Source: a virus | Lineage: Duplodnaviria > Caudoviricetes | Strand: one strand, 5' to 3' | IMG/VR virus record: IMGVR_UViG_2597489997_000001 | Span: 96,001 to 160,000 of that record | DNA: 64,000 nt | In this document: positions 30,163 to 39,916 of the stretch, piece by piece | Numbering within the stretch: the stretch's first letter is position 1 | Layout of the letters: each line of letters opens with the position of its first letter | Translations under genes and position numbers: made by a program | Notes under the pieces: model-generated | The model's database searches: none | Told to the model about the DNA's origin: nothing | Seen by the model: the letters and a program-made list of their open reading frames with translations, nothing else

Positions 30163-31389
30163 CTAAGCCTTCCTAAGTTCTACACCATGAATCTTAAACG
30201 TGTATCCCCTTTGCAGTCTACCAACATTACCAGGGTTAGTTGCATCATTCAAGATGATCTGTCCACCCTTGGTCCCGTCAGTCATGAAAGGATAGAAACG
30301 ATAGATTCGTAGGTCATGGTTAATCAGACGTTGCTTGATCCCGTAAGATTTCAAATAGGGAACAGGGAACATCCCGTTTTCCAGCAACACCGGATGTTGG
30401 AAACGATCCTCGGTGTGCAGGACATTTGGATAGCGGAAGGTAGTTAATGGAACTACATCCACCCCCAAACTTGGGTTGTCAATAAGTACGATGAAACTAT
30501 TGTGAGAGAGCAAAGCTTCTTTCTTATAGTTATCAAACTTAGTGAGATTAGTCAACTTAGGAGTTCTGGTGTAATGACGATAGTTAAGGAAGTGATGACA
30601 TACGTCAAAGGCCGTCAGATCAATCGTAAGACGATCATCGGCAGTACGTGATACAATCTCCGGGTCTACGAGTAACTGCCCGTTAACAACGACGTACGCT
30701 GTCTTAGAGGAGATGTTCTCATCTAACTTGTATTCCCATAACTTACCAGATGTGGTTTCCGTTTCAATAAGTTTATCTTTATCAAAAGGAATGGTTTTAA
30801 CCTTGCCCAGTTTCTGGAAGTTCAGAGCCCCGATTCTGATATCGTTACGATTAGCGATATAGTCGGTACCAGCACCTAACAGATAAACGCCATCACTTCT
30901 GCCAACAGAACGAACGAACACACCGTTAACAGTAAACAGTGAATAATCATTAATTTTGTTATAGTCGATATTTTGATAGCGATAATGAGAAACACGGATA
31001 TCTGGAGCCGAGTCCGCAAGCAGAGCGTCTTGCCTATCTTTTGCAAGGTTTAGATCTGCTGGATAATGGAAATAACCATAGGTGAAAATACGCTCGAGTT
31101 TGACATAGCTGTATTTATCACCCGGTGTTATGTCGGACGGCTTAAGGTTATTTCCGTTCTGAGTTTGCAACCACTGTTCAATATCGTACTGTGGGACTTC
31201 AGCGAATTCAAGTCTGTAATCTTCGAGTGAGATTGTGACATCCGAATTAAACATTTCATCACGAACTGTTATATAAAGGATATCAAACATCTTCTCAAGA
31301 TCAGCAACACTATAACCTTTGATATCCACAGGGTGGTATCCAGGTCTGTAGTTCTTGTATCGCCCCGTTGAGTATTTGTATGTGTACAT
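30163..31389 (-). CDS. Virion structural protein
   Basis: ORF track starts at TTG 31455; ATG at 31389 (MYTYKYS) with AAGG SD is more likely. LFTVNG and VVVNG.L motifs. Confidence 0.55.
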   Translation of the reverse strand: MYTYKYSTGRYKNYRPGYHPVDIKGYSVADLEKMFDILYITVRDEMFNSDVTISLEDYRLEFAEVPQYDIEQWLQTQNGNNLKPSDITPGDKYSYVKLERIFTYGYFHYPADLNLAKDRQDALLADSAPDIRVSHYRYQNIDYNKINDYSLFTVNGVFVRSVGRSDGVYLLGAGTDYIANRNDIRIGALNFQKLGKVKTIPFDKDKLIETETTSGKLWEYKLDENISSKTAYVVVNGQLLVDPEIVSRTADDRLTIDLTAFDVCHHFLNYRHYTRTPKLTNLTKFDNYKKEALLSHNSFIVLIDNPSLGVDVVPLTTFRYPNVLHTEDRFQHPVLLENGMFPVPYLKSYGIKQRLINHDLRIYRFYPFMTDGTKGGQIILNDATNPGNVGRLQRGYTFKIHGVELRKA

Positions 31390-31456
31390 ATAACAAAACC
31401 TTTTCAGAGGAATATAATTGATGCCAAATGATTCAAGATTGAAGGTATCTGGCAAA

Positions 31457-32185
31457 ATGACTTATCCTTGGAACCCGTTCCAAGATGTACCCGGTGGTCA
31501 TGTTGATCCAGAACCAGCTCACGTCCAGGGTGGCTCAGATGGTGTTATTATCGTACCTCGTGCTGGTCCATTCTTCTCTCGTGATTTTAAAATCAAGTTA
31601 GCTGACTCCGGTCGTGAACTTAAAATGGAAGCAGGTGAATATGGGTTCTTATTCCCATTCGGCGCATTCATTCAAAAGTACAACCGTTTAGCTTACGGTG
31701 CATTGCACGTTAAAGGTGTAACAGGTCCTACTGACTTCATCATTGAGTACGACACCATCGGTGGTGATTTTGTACTGGATGACATAGCTTATGCACAGGC
31801 TGTAGCTAACACCTTAACAGCACCACGTACGATTGACTGGTCTCAGTTGACTAACCTGCCTTCGGTATGGCCTTCTGACCCACACGAACAACCAGCATCA
31901 GATACCATGAACTATGGTGACTTGATTGTCTGGATGAAGTCTTATCTGGATGCTATTACAGCCACCGATATGAACTTCAACTTTAAGACTGCATTTGAGG
32001 CACACGTTAAAGAAGGTCTTCAGAAAGCCCACAAAGGTAAACTGGAAGATCTGGGTATTAACAACCTTAAAGACTGGCCAATGGCTACTGATGACGATAT
32101 TCAAGGTGACTCTACCGAAATCATCGTCAACATGCATGTCTTGAAAGAAGCTATCCGTGGATTTGCTCGTGGTGACTGGCGCTAA
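31457..32185 (+). CDS. Baseplate/tail-fibre attachment family protein
   Basis: Shares IVP..GPF and IDW..+...P..WP...H.. motifs with the N-termini of the two downstream fibres. Start 31457 or 31421. Confidence 0.6.
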   Translation: MTYPWNPFQDVPGGHVDPEPAHVQGGSDGVIIVPRAGPFFSRDFKIKLADSGRELKMEAGEYGFLFPFGAFIQKYNRLAYGALHVKGVTGPTDFIIEYDTIGGDFVLDDIAYAQAVANTLTAPRTIDWSQLTNLPSVWPSDPHEQPASDTMNYGDLIVWMKSYLDAITATDMNFNFKTAFEAHVKEGLQKAHKGKLEDLGINNLKDWPMATDDDIQGDSTEIIVNMHVLKEAIRGFARGDWR

Positions 32186-32195
32186 ATCATAAACT

Positions 32196-32225
32196 CTTAA
32201 CCGGAATCTTCGGGTTCCGGTTAAG
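32196..32225 (+). terminator. Hairpin
   Basis: CTTAACCGGAATC-ttcg-GGTTCCGGTTAAG. Confidence 0.6.
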
Positions 32226-32243
32226 TAACTCAAGGTTACTCTA

Positions 32244-35200
32244 ATGATCAAAGAAGATATTCCTCTTTATAAGTTAGACCTTACAGGTACTGACAAGTAT
32301 AACAGAGTTGACCACGAATATGGATACCGAAGAGAAGTAAAGAACAACAACATCGTAATCCCTCCTAAAGGTCCTTTCTACCAGAAGTCATTTAAGATGT
32401 ATGGTAAAGATGGTCAACCTTTAACTATGGATAAGGATTGGGAGTTCTACGGGATCATGGGTAAGTTAACCCAGTTCACCGGTAAACCCGTTGGCCTCTT
32501 TATTCGTATCCTTGATGACTCAATTACCGAATGGTATTGGGATTATCAAGTAGTGGGTAACTTTAATAAGATCACCAATGAAATCCTCAATATGCTTCAC
32601 AGCATTTATGAAGATGACCGTTTTGTTCATTGGGATAATATCGAAAACAAACCACTGTGGTTCATTCCTGAAATCCACCAACATGATCTTGCTTATGAGA
32701 TCTACGGATTTACTGACCTGGTTAAAGAACTGAGTCGTATTTCCGAAATGGAAGTGACGATGTTGCGTGCTGACGCAATCATCATTAAACAGTTGCAGGA
32801 TAACCTGGACTATTACATCGAAGGCTTCAAGAAGGTACTCAAAGATCTGATTGACAGTCACGATCGTAATAAGAAAGATGCTCACGGTGTACGTAAACAA
32901 CACATCGGTCTTGACCTGGTCGATAACTTCGCTACAGCGACTCTAGAGGAAACTCTGGACGGGTTACGTGATGATCTTCACATTACCCCTTATAACGCTG
33001 CACGTGCCGCAGAAGCTGCCGCAGGTCGAAATGAGCGACTGTTCCCATCAGGTTCTTTACCTATCCTGCGTTATGGGTCTGATACATTTATACCTCCAAC
33101 TATCATGGGTAGCTTTGAAGGTTTAGGTGGGATAACCTCACGTTGTGGCGCCATTGTTGAAAACGACGGTACATTGCTTATTCTTAAGCACCGTAACAAT
33201 GGTAAAATCCGTGGCCTGTATTTCACACGCTGTTCTAACTGGCAATCGGGCACTCCTAACTATGAGTTTACCTCTTATGTCTATCAGCACCCAACTGCCA
33301 CGGCAGCAGGTGCAGTATTAGATAGCATCATCGGTGGGTCTAACCAATATGTGATGGTTGTGGGTGACTCTAAGAAGAACCTGTGGTGGTGGGCAGAAAC
33401 TCACGGTACCTTTAACCCAGATGCACACGTCTTGATTCCATTCACAGGACAGTGGACGTCGGCTGATATGGATCCGGCAGCTAACACCCCTGCTGACATT
33501 TATAACTATCAAGGTTTGGCTTCTGTTTGTGCTGACGCTAACTATAAAGAACGTTGGTGTATTGTTCAAGGTTACCCGCTGAATAAAATCTGTGAACGTT
33601 TCCGTCAAGGTGTCATTCCCGATTACGATACGTTAGGAACTTTGGCTTGGGGCGGCGGTGCTGTTATCAATGGTGGGTTCAGTATCAACGTTGTCACCGG
33701 TAATACCATTCAACGCGTCCCTATTGATTACACCCATCCGGTATTTGGTAAGTTCAATGATAACTTCTGGACTCCACATTGGCCAGAAATAGTCGTTGAG
33801 GGTAATGTAAGAAAGATTAAATCTTATTACGCGAATTACCAACCCATGGCAAGATCCGTCCAGACGTATAACTCACCTCGTGCTTTCTGGGGTAAATTGA
33901 GCGGGTCTGGTTATGGTCTTCGAATTGATGCGTATTCCCGTGAATTTACTTTTAGTGGGGTGAACGTCGGCAGGGTAATGTCGATGAAAGCCAAAGTCGA
34001 GTTCGTGGATGTTAACGGTACTTTGACAGCTAAAATTACATCTGTTCCAGGTCAGGATAAGTTATGGACGATTAACCCTGAGGATACCACGGCGACACAA
34101 CTTGAGTGGATTGATTATATCAAGAACTGCACCACCCAGCTTCAATATGTTTCTCAAGATCAGACAGGTCTTGTTCAAATTGGTAGTGGGGTTGGATTTG
34201 GATTGTCAGGTACTGGTAACGTTTCATTCCCTCCAGCATACTCGGCCTTTAAAGCCAGGTTTATGGAATCGGGCGATGACCTCCTGACCCAGGATTATGA
34301 TTCAGCCAACATTACTTACTTCCATCGTTCGTATCGTGAAAACGAACTTAACCCTATAGGTATGGGTTCAATGTTTGCCTCTCAACGTTTCATCGTTGGA
34401 GACTACAAAAACCCAATGACCGCAGGGATAATGGTTCGCCAGTTGAAAGTTGGTAATAACCGACCTGATGGGTATCTGGAATGGTTCTATCGTCCAGTCA
34501 ACTACATGAACACCAACTATGACCACGTCCCGCCTACTCAAGTGTCGACCTTCAACGGCAATGCGATGAAGCACTACCCATTTGTTTCTGATGGGGGGAT
34601 TGTTCAGGGCCTTGGGTTCCAAATGCCGTTGATGATGCAACTTCCTACACCCGGTGCCCCGATTACCAGAAATCAGGAATTACTCAAGTATATCTGTGGA
34701 GCCAGTTCCGGTAGTCGGTTAATGGGCATCACTGATTACAATGAACTTCCAGCAGGCTATCCGGCTGTTCCCATGACGGACTATAAGTTGGTGTGGGAGA
34801 TCACGTCAACCATGTCTGGTAAGTCACCAGTATTCAGCCCGGTTAGTGTGGTCGACATCAGATCACTCATTGGCGCAAATGGATCAGTAGCCAATATGTT
34901 TAAAGCAGCTGGTTACACTCAAGCTGAAATAGACATGACCTGGGTTATGGTCAGAGTTATCAGTCCATCTGGTCAAATGCACGCCATCTGGAAAGTATTC
35001 CGTGTCAAAGCAGATACGATGGAAATCGAATCAGGTGTGTTGGTTACTACCCTAACTGTATCGGGATATACCGCTCCAGCTCCTGGCGTCGTCTATGGGA
35101 CGTATTCTGGTGTTGCAGCAACTCAGCTCTCGCAGGTTCATAAAACCATCAGCGAAGCAAATGCTGTCGGTGTGATTTACACCCTGCCTAAATATGACAG

Positions 35201-35984
35201 GGCCGTGGGTAACACTCCGGGCTATGGTTGGTGTGTGCCGTTCAAGAAACGTCAAACTCCTATCGATGCAGATACTTATACTGTACAGATCGTTCCCGAT
35301 TGTCGTTGGCAGTCGCCAGGTGGACAGACCATGTCACCTAGTACCGTTGAGATTTCTGCCGATGGTCGTACCATCCTTAACCATACCCGTGTCAACACAC
35401 CTGAATGGGGTGCTGATAGCGGTGATACACCAATGCCTTATTACGGTCGTGGTTACGCTGGTCAAGGTCAAAACATTTTCGAAGGGGCAGCAATATCGTG
35501 TTCTGTTAACAGTTACACGACTAACGTGTTCCAAGAAATCTTCCGTGGTCAGTATGAATCACAAATGGTAGTGGGAATGAGTAACATCCTTATCCCGCAA
35601 TATACCATTTATTTCAGTGAGATGAGGAATATCCTACTAGCTGGTAAAATGTATGATATCCCTGCGACATATATCGATTTGTTGGTTCAGGATCCAGCTC
35701 CTCAGAATAAGACGTATTACGTTTACCTTACTTATTCTGGTGGTAAAGCTGAGTACTCTACTTCAACAGAGATTAGACCAGAAACAGCCGCGCAATCTAT
35801 GATTGCTAAAGTTCTTTGTGGACCTACTCAGATCGATAACATTCTCCCGTATAACCGATTCTCTATGGATGGTGCTTCGATTAGTGCAGTCCGTCAGGGT
35901 TCGAGCATTCTTGCTTCCTCTGGCTCATTGTACGAAATTGGTAACACAGATAACATCTTGCTTGATAGTGATTTTATCCCGTAA
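32244..35984 (+). CDS. Tail fibre / baseplate-associated paralogue 1
   Basis: 1246 aa. H....DAHGV.K.HIGL..VDN.ATA fibre motif; YGS..+PP.I.GSFEGLGG shared with the next gene. Confidence 0.7.
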   Translation: MIKEDIPLYKLDLTGTDKYNRVDHEYGYRREVKNNNIVIPPKGPFYQKSFKMYGKDGQPLTMDKDWEFYGIMGKLTQFTGKPVGLFIRILDDSITEWYWDYQVVGNFNKITNEILNMLHSIYEDDRFVHWDNIENKPLWFIPEIHQHDLAYEIYGFTDLVKELSRISEMEVTMLRADAIIIKQLQDNLDYYIEGFKKVLKDLIDSHDRNKKDAHGVRKQHIGLDLVDNFATATLEETLDGLRDDLHITPYNAARAAEAAAGRNERLFPSGSLPILRYGSDTFIPPTIMGSFEGLGGITSRCGAIVENDGTLLILKHRNNGKIRGLYFTRCSNWQSGTPNYEFTSYVYQHPTATAAGAVLDSIIGGSNQYVMVVGDSKKNLWWWAETHGTFNPDAHVLIPFTGQWTSADMDPAANTPADIYNYQGLASVCADANYKERWCIVQGYPLNKICERFRQGVIPDYDTLGTLAWGGGAVINGGFSINVVTGNTIQRVPIDYTHPVFGKFNDNFWTPHWPEIVVEGNVRKIKSYYANYQPMARSVQTYNSPRAFWGKLSGSGYGLRIDAYSREFTFSGVNVGRVMSMKAKVEFVDVNGTLTAKITSVPGQDKLWTINPEDTTATQLEWIDYIKNCTTQLQYVSQDQTGLVQIGSGVGFGLSGTGNVSFPPAYSAFKARFMESGDDLLTQDYDSANITYFHRSYRENELNPIGMGSMFASQRFIVGDYKNPMTAGIMVRQLKVGNNRPDGYLEWFYRPVNYMNTNYDHVPPTQVSTFNGNAMKHYPFVSDGGIVQGLGFQMPLMMQLPTPGAPITRNQELLKYICGASSGSRLMGITDYNELPAGYPAVPMTDYKLVWEITSTMSGKSPVFSPVSVVDIRSLIGANGSVANMFKAAGYTQAEIDMTWVMVRVISPSGQMHAIWKVFRVKADTMEIESGVLVTTLTVSGYTAPAPGVVYGTYSGVAATQLSQVHKTISEANAVGVIYTLPKYDRAVGNTPGYGWCVPFKKRQTPIDADTYTVQIVPDCRWQSPGGQTMSPSTVEISADGRTILNHTRVNTPEWGADSGDTPMPYYGRGYAGQGQNIFEGAAISCSVNSYTTNVFQEIFRGQYESQMVVGMSNILIPQYTIYFSEMRNILLAGKMYDIPATYIDLLVQDPAPQNKTYYVYLTYSGGKAEYSTSTEIRPETAAQSMIAKVLCGPTQIDNILPYNRFSMDGASISAVRQGSSILASSGSLYEIGNTDNILLDSDFIP

Positions 35985-36047
35985 TAACTAAACAAAACTA
36001 GTGGGGCGATCTTTTGATCGTTCCATTAGTTTATTATCGAGGTTTAG

Positions 36048-39000
36048 ATGAAAGATATTGAAATTATCGACATCGACTATTCTGCCACGGACCCTCTTTA
36101 TAAGAAAGAGGATGATGTTGAAATCGCAAAAATCTCTGGGCCTTTTATAGTGCCTGAAGAAGGCCCTATTTATCAAGACTCCGTAAGGGTCATCGGGAAT
36201 AGCGGTTTAGATTTAATCCCTGGTACGGATTTCGAATGTGTCGAACCAGTAACTGACTTAACCCAAGTCACTGGCAAAGCTGTACACTTATATGTAGAGC
36301 TGAAAGACCATATCGTTGCTTCTGGTGGTAAAGTTAAACTGATCTACCAGCGTGTCGGTAAGCCGGTTATTTCAGTTAAGACACTTCTGAAGATGTTGGA
36401 AGAAATGGTAATTGAAGGGAAATCCATTGACTGGGAAACACAGGTCACTGGTAAACCTTTAACATATCCTCCAGCGTGGCACAGTCACGATATTCAGAAC
36501 AGTAAAGAGCTGGTAGGTTTTGGTGGTTTGGTAGAGCTATTCTCTCGTCTCACTTGGGAACATAAAGAGAGTGGTGAAAAGATGAAGGAACTCATCGAAG
36601 AACTCCAGACCAAAGTGTACGACCGCCTTAACTACATTCAAAAACTGAAGTGGGGTGCCATCATGGCCCACATCAGAAACTATAAAAACCCACACGGTGT
36701 TGTTCCAGCTAACGTTGATGCAGGTAACATTGCTAACAACGCAACTGCAACTCCACAGCAGGATTTGGAAGGTACTCGTACCGACCTATACTCAACGCCT
36801 AAAGGTTTCCGTCAGGCAATTGAGAACGCTGAACCGGTATCTGAAGAATACATCGCTCAGAACGAATTACCATTTGGTTATTATGGTTCTGGGATTTACC
36901 TCCCTCCTCCAATCACAGGTTCGTTTGAAGGTCTGGGTGGTGACGTAGAAAACTCAGCATTCTGTTTGGAAGGTAACGGTTGGTTAGTTGGGTTAATCCG
37001 TGCTTACGATGGTCGTGTTAAAAACCTGTACTATGTTTACAACATGGACTTCAGAGACACTAACCAGACTCGTAGCCCTTGGCTGAACACCTACGCCAAA
37101 TATGATCACCCGGTAACTGGACCAGAACCCACGGATCCAAACGCGCCACCTAAAAAGAATATCAACTTTATTATATCGGGTTCTAACGACTCTGTTATAA
37201 TGGTAGGTTCTCAGGACTCAGGCACCGGCATGGTTGATAATCCTGATAAGTGGTGGATTGGGGTTTCTAACTCAACGTTTGACCCAAACAGCCATACGTT
37301 GAAACCTTTGAACATGGCTGCTATTATGGCCGCTTGTCCTCAGAAGAATCTTACTCCAGGGCATACCACAGTTTCCCATGTAGGTGATTGGGTTTACTTA
37401 TTAGTGGGTCAGGACTCTTTCGAAGGTGACAGTTTAGCTCCGGGCACCGACTATCTTAATTCGCCATCTAACTATCAGGTAAGGATGTTTAGGGTCCCTT
37501 ATAAGGACTTGCTGGATACATCTAAGTTGACTATTAATTTTGTTCCGGTCAATGTAACCTTTGATAACGCGGATCGTCTTCATCGTACTAACCAGGTTGC
37601 TTTCTTCCCAGCCCAGATTAAACGCCCTACTGGCGGCGATCCATATGAAATCACGGGTACCGTTGTCAACTTCACAGCCAAGGTTAGAAACGCATACCTT
37701 AACCGTAAGCTTCAGTTCTTTATTGTTCCTAATCCCAACAATACGAGAATGGCCAAGATGAAAGTCTTGTGCATGCCTTATCAGATATATTACGATCCGG
37801 TACTTGAAGCGTCACGTGGTTTCCAAGCTAACGTCATGATGAGTTACGATTGGGATGTGGCTGCCAACACTATGTCTCTCGACAGTCATTGGATTAAACC
37901 TACCTACGACTCATTAACGGGAAATGTGGTTAACCCTACTCAGGTCCATAACGATTATATCGAAAGTGGTTACTGGGCATGGCACGCTTCTCGATTTGCG
38001 AACGTAGCTGGTTCCTGGGTTCCTGGTTTCGGATTTGTGTCAATGGGTTCTTCTCAGGCTGGTGTTCCTCCGTTTACCTTTGCTTTATCAAGGATAAACA
38101 GGGGCGATGATCCAGCTCAAGACTACGACCATTTCTCTAACTTGCCGATTAACTGGAGTGATAGCGCTGGGGTATTCAACAGCCGTCAGGCTATATTCAG
38201 GATGCGTTCTCCGTTTGGTGTTGCAGGTTTCCCTCGTCACTACAGTCAGTTGTATGCAATGACCGATGGAGTACGTCAATGGCCAATTGAGATATTCTCG
38301 GCTGAGAACGAGGACCAACGTCAACAAACCTTCTACCGTATAACTGAAGGCGGCGCTGATGATAACTATATCTACCGTGACTCATTGAAGTCCAAGTACA
38401 TCCCTACACAAATTAGAGGTCGTAAGACTAACTCTAGTTTTGGCGTGGTAAAAGGACTTAACTACAATGTGGGTTACGTTAACCGCCCTAGACGAGCTAA
38501 CGCCACATCCAGAGGTACTGGATTGATCAGTTGGAAACGACTAAAGGTCCATACTAATCCGGGCGCCCCTTATGAGTTTGGTCAAACAACCAACTATGAT
38601 GGTAATGTGGTAGCTTCAGTTCAAGAGCCGGACGGAAGTCTGTTGGTTAACCTTGATGTAGACTATACCCTGGATCCAGTTGCAAGAACCATATACTGTA
38701 AAGCAAATAAGCTTAAGCAGGTTCGTCTACCTCGTTCATTCTGGGTGGATATGGTCATGCAGGCGCTAGGATCTCATGCCAATGAGCTGATTGATATCGC
38801 CACTAGCTTCTTCATTAACAGAGAGCCTGGAAATAACGCAGATCAAGCTACATCAATGTGGCAGTGTACCTACCATGTTAAATCATCTCCTAGTCGTACA
38901 AGGATGATTATTGGCACCTTTACCTGGGATGTTGCCAGTACGGGTGGTGATGGGATTCGTGTACTGCGTCCAGTCGGGATGAGTTATCCATTTAACGCTA

Positions 39001-39872
39001 AAGCCACAGGTCTCGAAGGTAACTTACTTCGTCCTGGTTCTGCTGATAACACAGTAGTGAATGGACACCATGCTGTCAATGCAGATGGTTCATGGGGTTA
39101 TGTCGAACTTAACTCAGGGCTTGAAGTTAAAGCACAGAACATCCAGATCTTGGACTTTGATGCCGAAGGCCCAAAAGCAAGGGAACAGATTTGGGGACCT
39201 GGTGTAAGAATAGCCACGCCTGGTAACGCCAGCTCAATGAGAGTCTGTTATAGATTCAGGTCTGGTGCTGTTGCCGAAGCTAGCGTGATGTGGGTAAGTG
39301 GTCAGGCATTTAACGCCGAATACAACAACATTGTCTTTGCTAACAAGGACTACGGTTGGATGTACGGTGTAGCTCCACAGATATCAGGTGGTGCGATGGA
39401 TCTCCTATACCCATGGTCCGGAACATACAGAGATCAGCCAACACCTGGCGACTTCTATGTAATGAACGGTGCTACTTACGTTGAGGGCAACTGGTCGATA
39501 TTCATTAACGCTGATGTCCTTGTGACCTTTAATGGTTACAGCATGACAGCTAAGATGACTAACTGGGATCTCCGCGATCTTACCGATGTGTACAGGAGTC
39601 AGATATTCTATATCTACTGCTTCGCCAATGGTTCTGTTGCGGAATATGAGATAACTAAAATCCTTAGACACCATAACTCTAATGGAATTTTAGTTGCCAC
39701 AGTGAGAACGAACGAGCTGGGTATTTTCAGTATTACCCACCGTCAGAGTTTCACTATTAGTGGTTTCCCATTAACCCGTTTACCTGACATGGGTGTTCCA
39801 GTATCCTCTGGTGCTCTTACTGAGCAAGGTACTTATCGATTCTTGAAACGTACTGATCTGTATCAAAACTAA
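36048..39872 (+). CDS. Tail fibre / baseplate-associated paralogue 2
   Basis: 1274 aa. N-terminal ~350 aa and C-terminal ~130 aa are homologous to 32244-35984; the centre is divergent. Confidence 0.7.
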   Translation: MKDIEIIDIDYSATDPLYKKEDDVEIAKISGPFIVPEEGPIYQDSVRVIGNSGLDLIPGTDFECVEPVTDLTQVTGKAVHLYVELKDHIVASGGKVKLIYQRVGKPVISVKTLLKMLEEMVIEGKSIDWETQVTGKPLTYPPAWHSHDIQNSKELVGFGGLVELFSRLTWEHKESGEKMKELIEELQTKVYDRLNYIQKLKWGAIMAHIRNYKNPHGVVPANVDAGNIANNATATPQQDLEGTRTDLYSTPKGFRQAIENAEPVSEEYIAQNELPFGYYGSGIYLPPPITGSFEGLGGDVENSAFCLEGNGWLVGLIRAYDGRVKNLYYVYNMDFRDTNQTRSPWLNTYAKYDHPVTGPEPTDPNAPPKKNINFIISGSNDSVIMVGSQDSGTGMVDNPDKWWIGVSNSTFDPNSHTLKPLNMAAIMAACPQKNLTPGHTTVSHVGDWVYLLVGQDSFEGDSLAPGTDYLNSPSNYQVRMFRVPYKDLLDTSKLTINFVPVNVTFDNADRLHRTNQVAFFPAQIKRPTGGDPYEITGTVVNFTAKVRNAYLNRKLQFFIVPNPNNTRMAKMKVLCMPYQIYYDPVLEASRGFQANVMMSYDWDVAANTMSLDSHWIKPTYDSLTGNVVNPTQVHNDYIESGYWAWHASRFANVAGSWVPGFGFVSMGSSQAGVPPFTFALSRINRGDDPAQDYDHFSNLPINWSDSAGVFNSRQAIFRMRSPFGVAGFPRHYSQLYAMTDGVRQWPIEIFSAENEDQRQQTFYRITEGGADDNYIYRDSLKSKYIPTQIRGRKTNSSFGVVKGLNYNVGYVNRPRRANATSRGTGLISWKRLKVHTNPGAPYEFGQTTNYDGNVVASVQEPDGSLLVNLDVDYTLDPVARTIYCKANKLKQVRLPRSFWVDMVMQALGSHANELIDIATSFFINREPGNNADQATSMWQCTYHVKSSPSRTRMIIGTFTWDVASTGGDGIRVLRPVGMSYPFNAKATGLEGNLLRPGSADNTVVNGHHAVNADGSWGYVELNSGLEVKAQNIQILDFDAEGPKAREQIWGPGVRIATPGNASSMRVCYRFRSGAVAEASVMWVSGQAFNAEYNNIVFANKDYGWMYGVAPQISGGAMDLLYPWSGTYRDQPTPGDFYVMNGATYVEGNWSIFINADVLVTFNGYSMTAKMTNWDLRDLTDVYRSQIFYIYCFANGSVAEYEITKILRHHNSNGILVATVRTNELGIFSITHRQSFTISGFPLTRLPDMGVPVSSGALTEQGTYRFLKRTDLYQN

Positions 39873-39874
39873 AA

Positions 39875-39901
39875 AGAGATGGGGACTTCGGTCCCCTCTC
39901 T
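39875..39901 (+). terminator. Hairpin
   Basis: AGAGATGGGGAC-ttcg-GTCCCCTCTCT. Confidence 0.55.
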
Positions 39902-39916
39902 AAACAGGAGCAATCC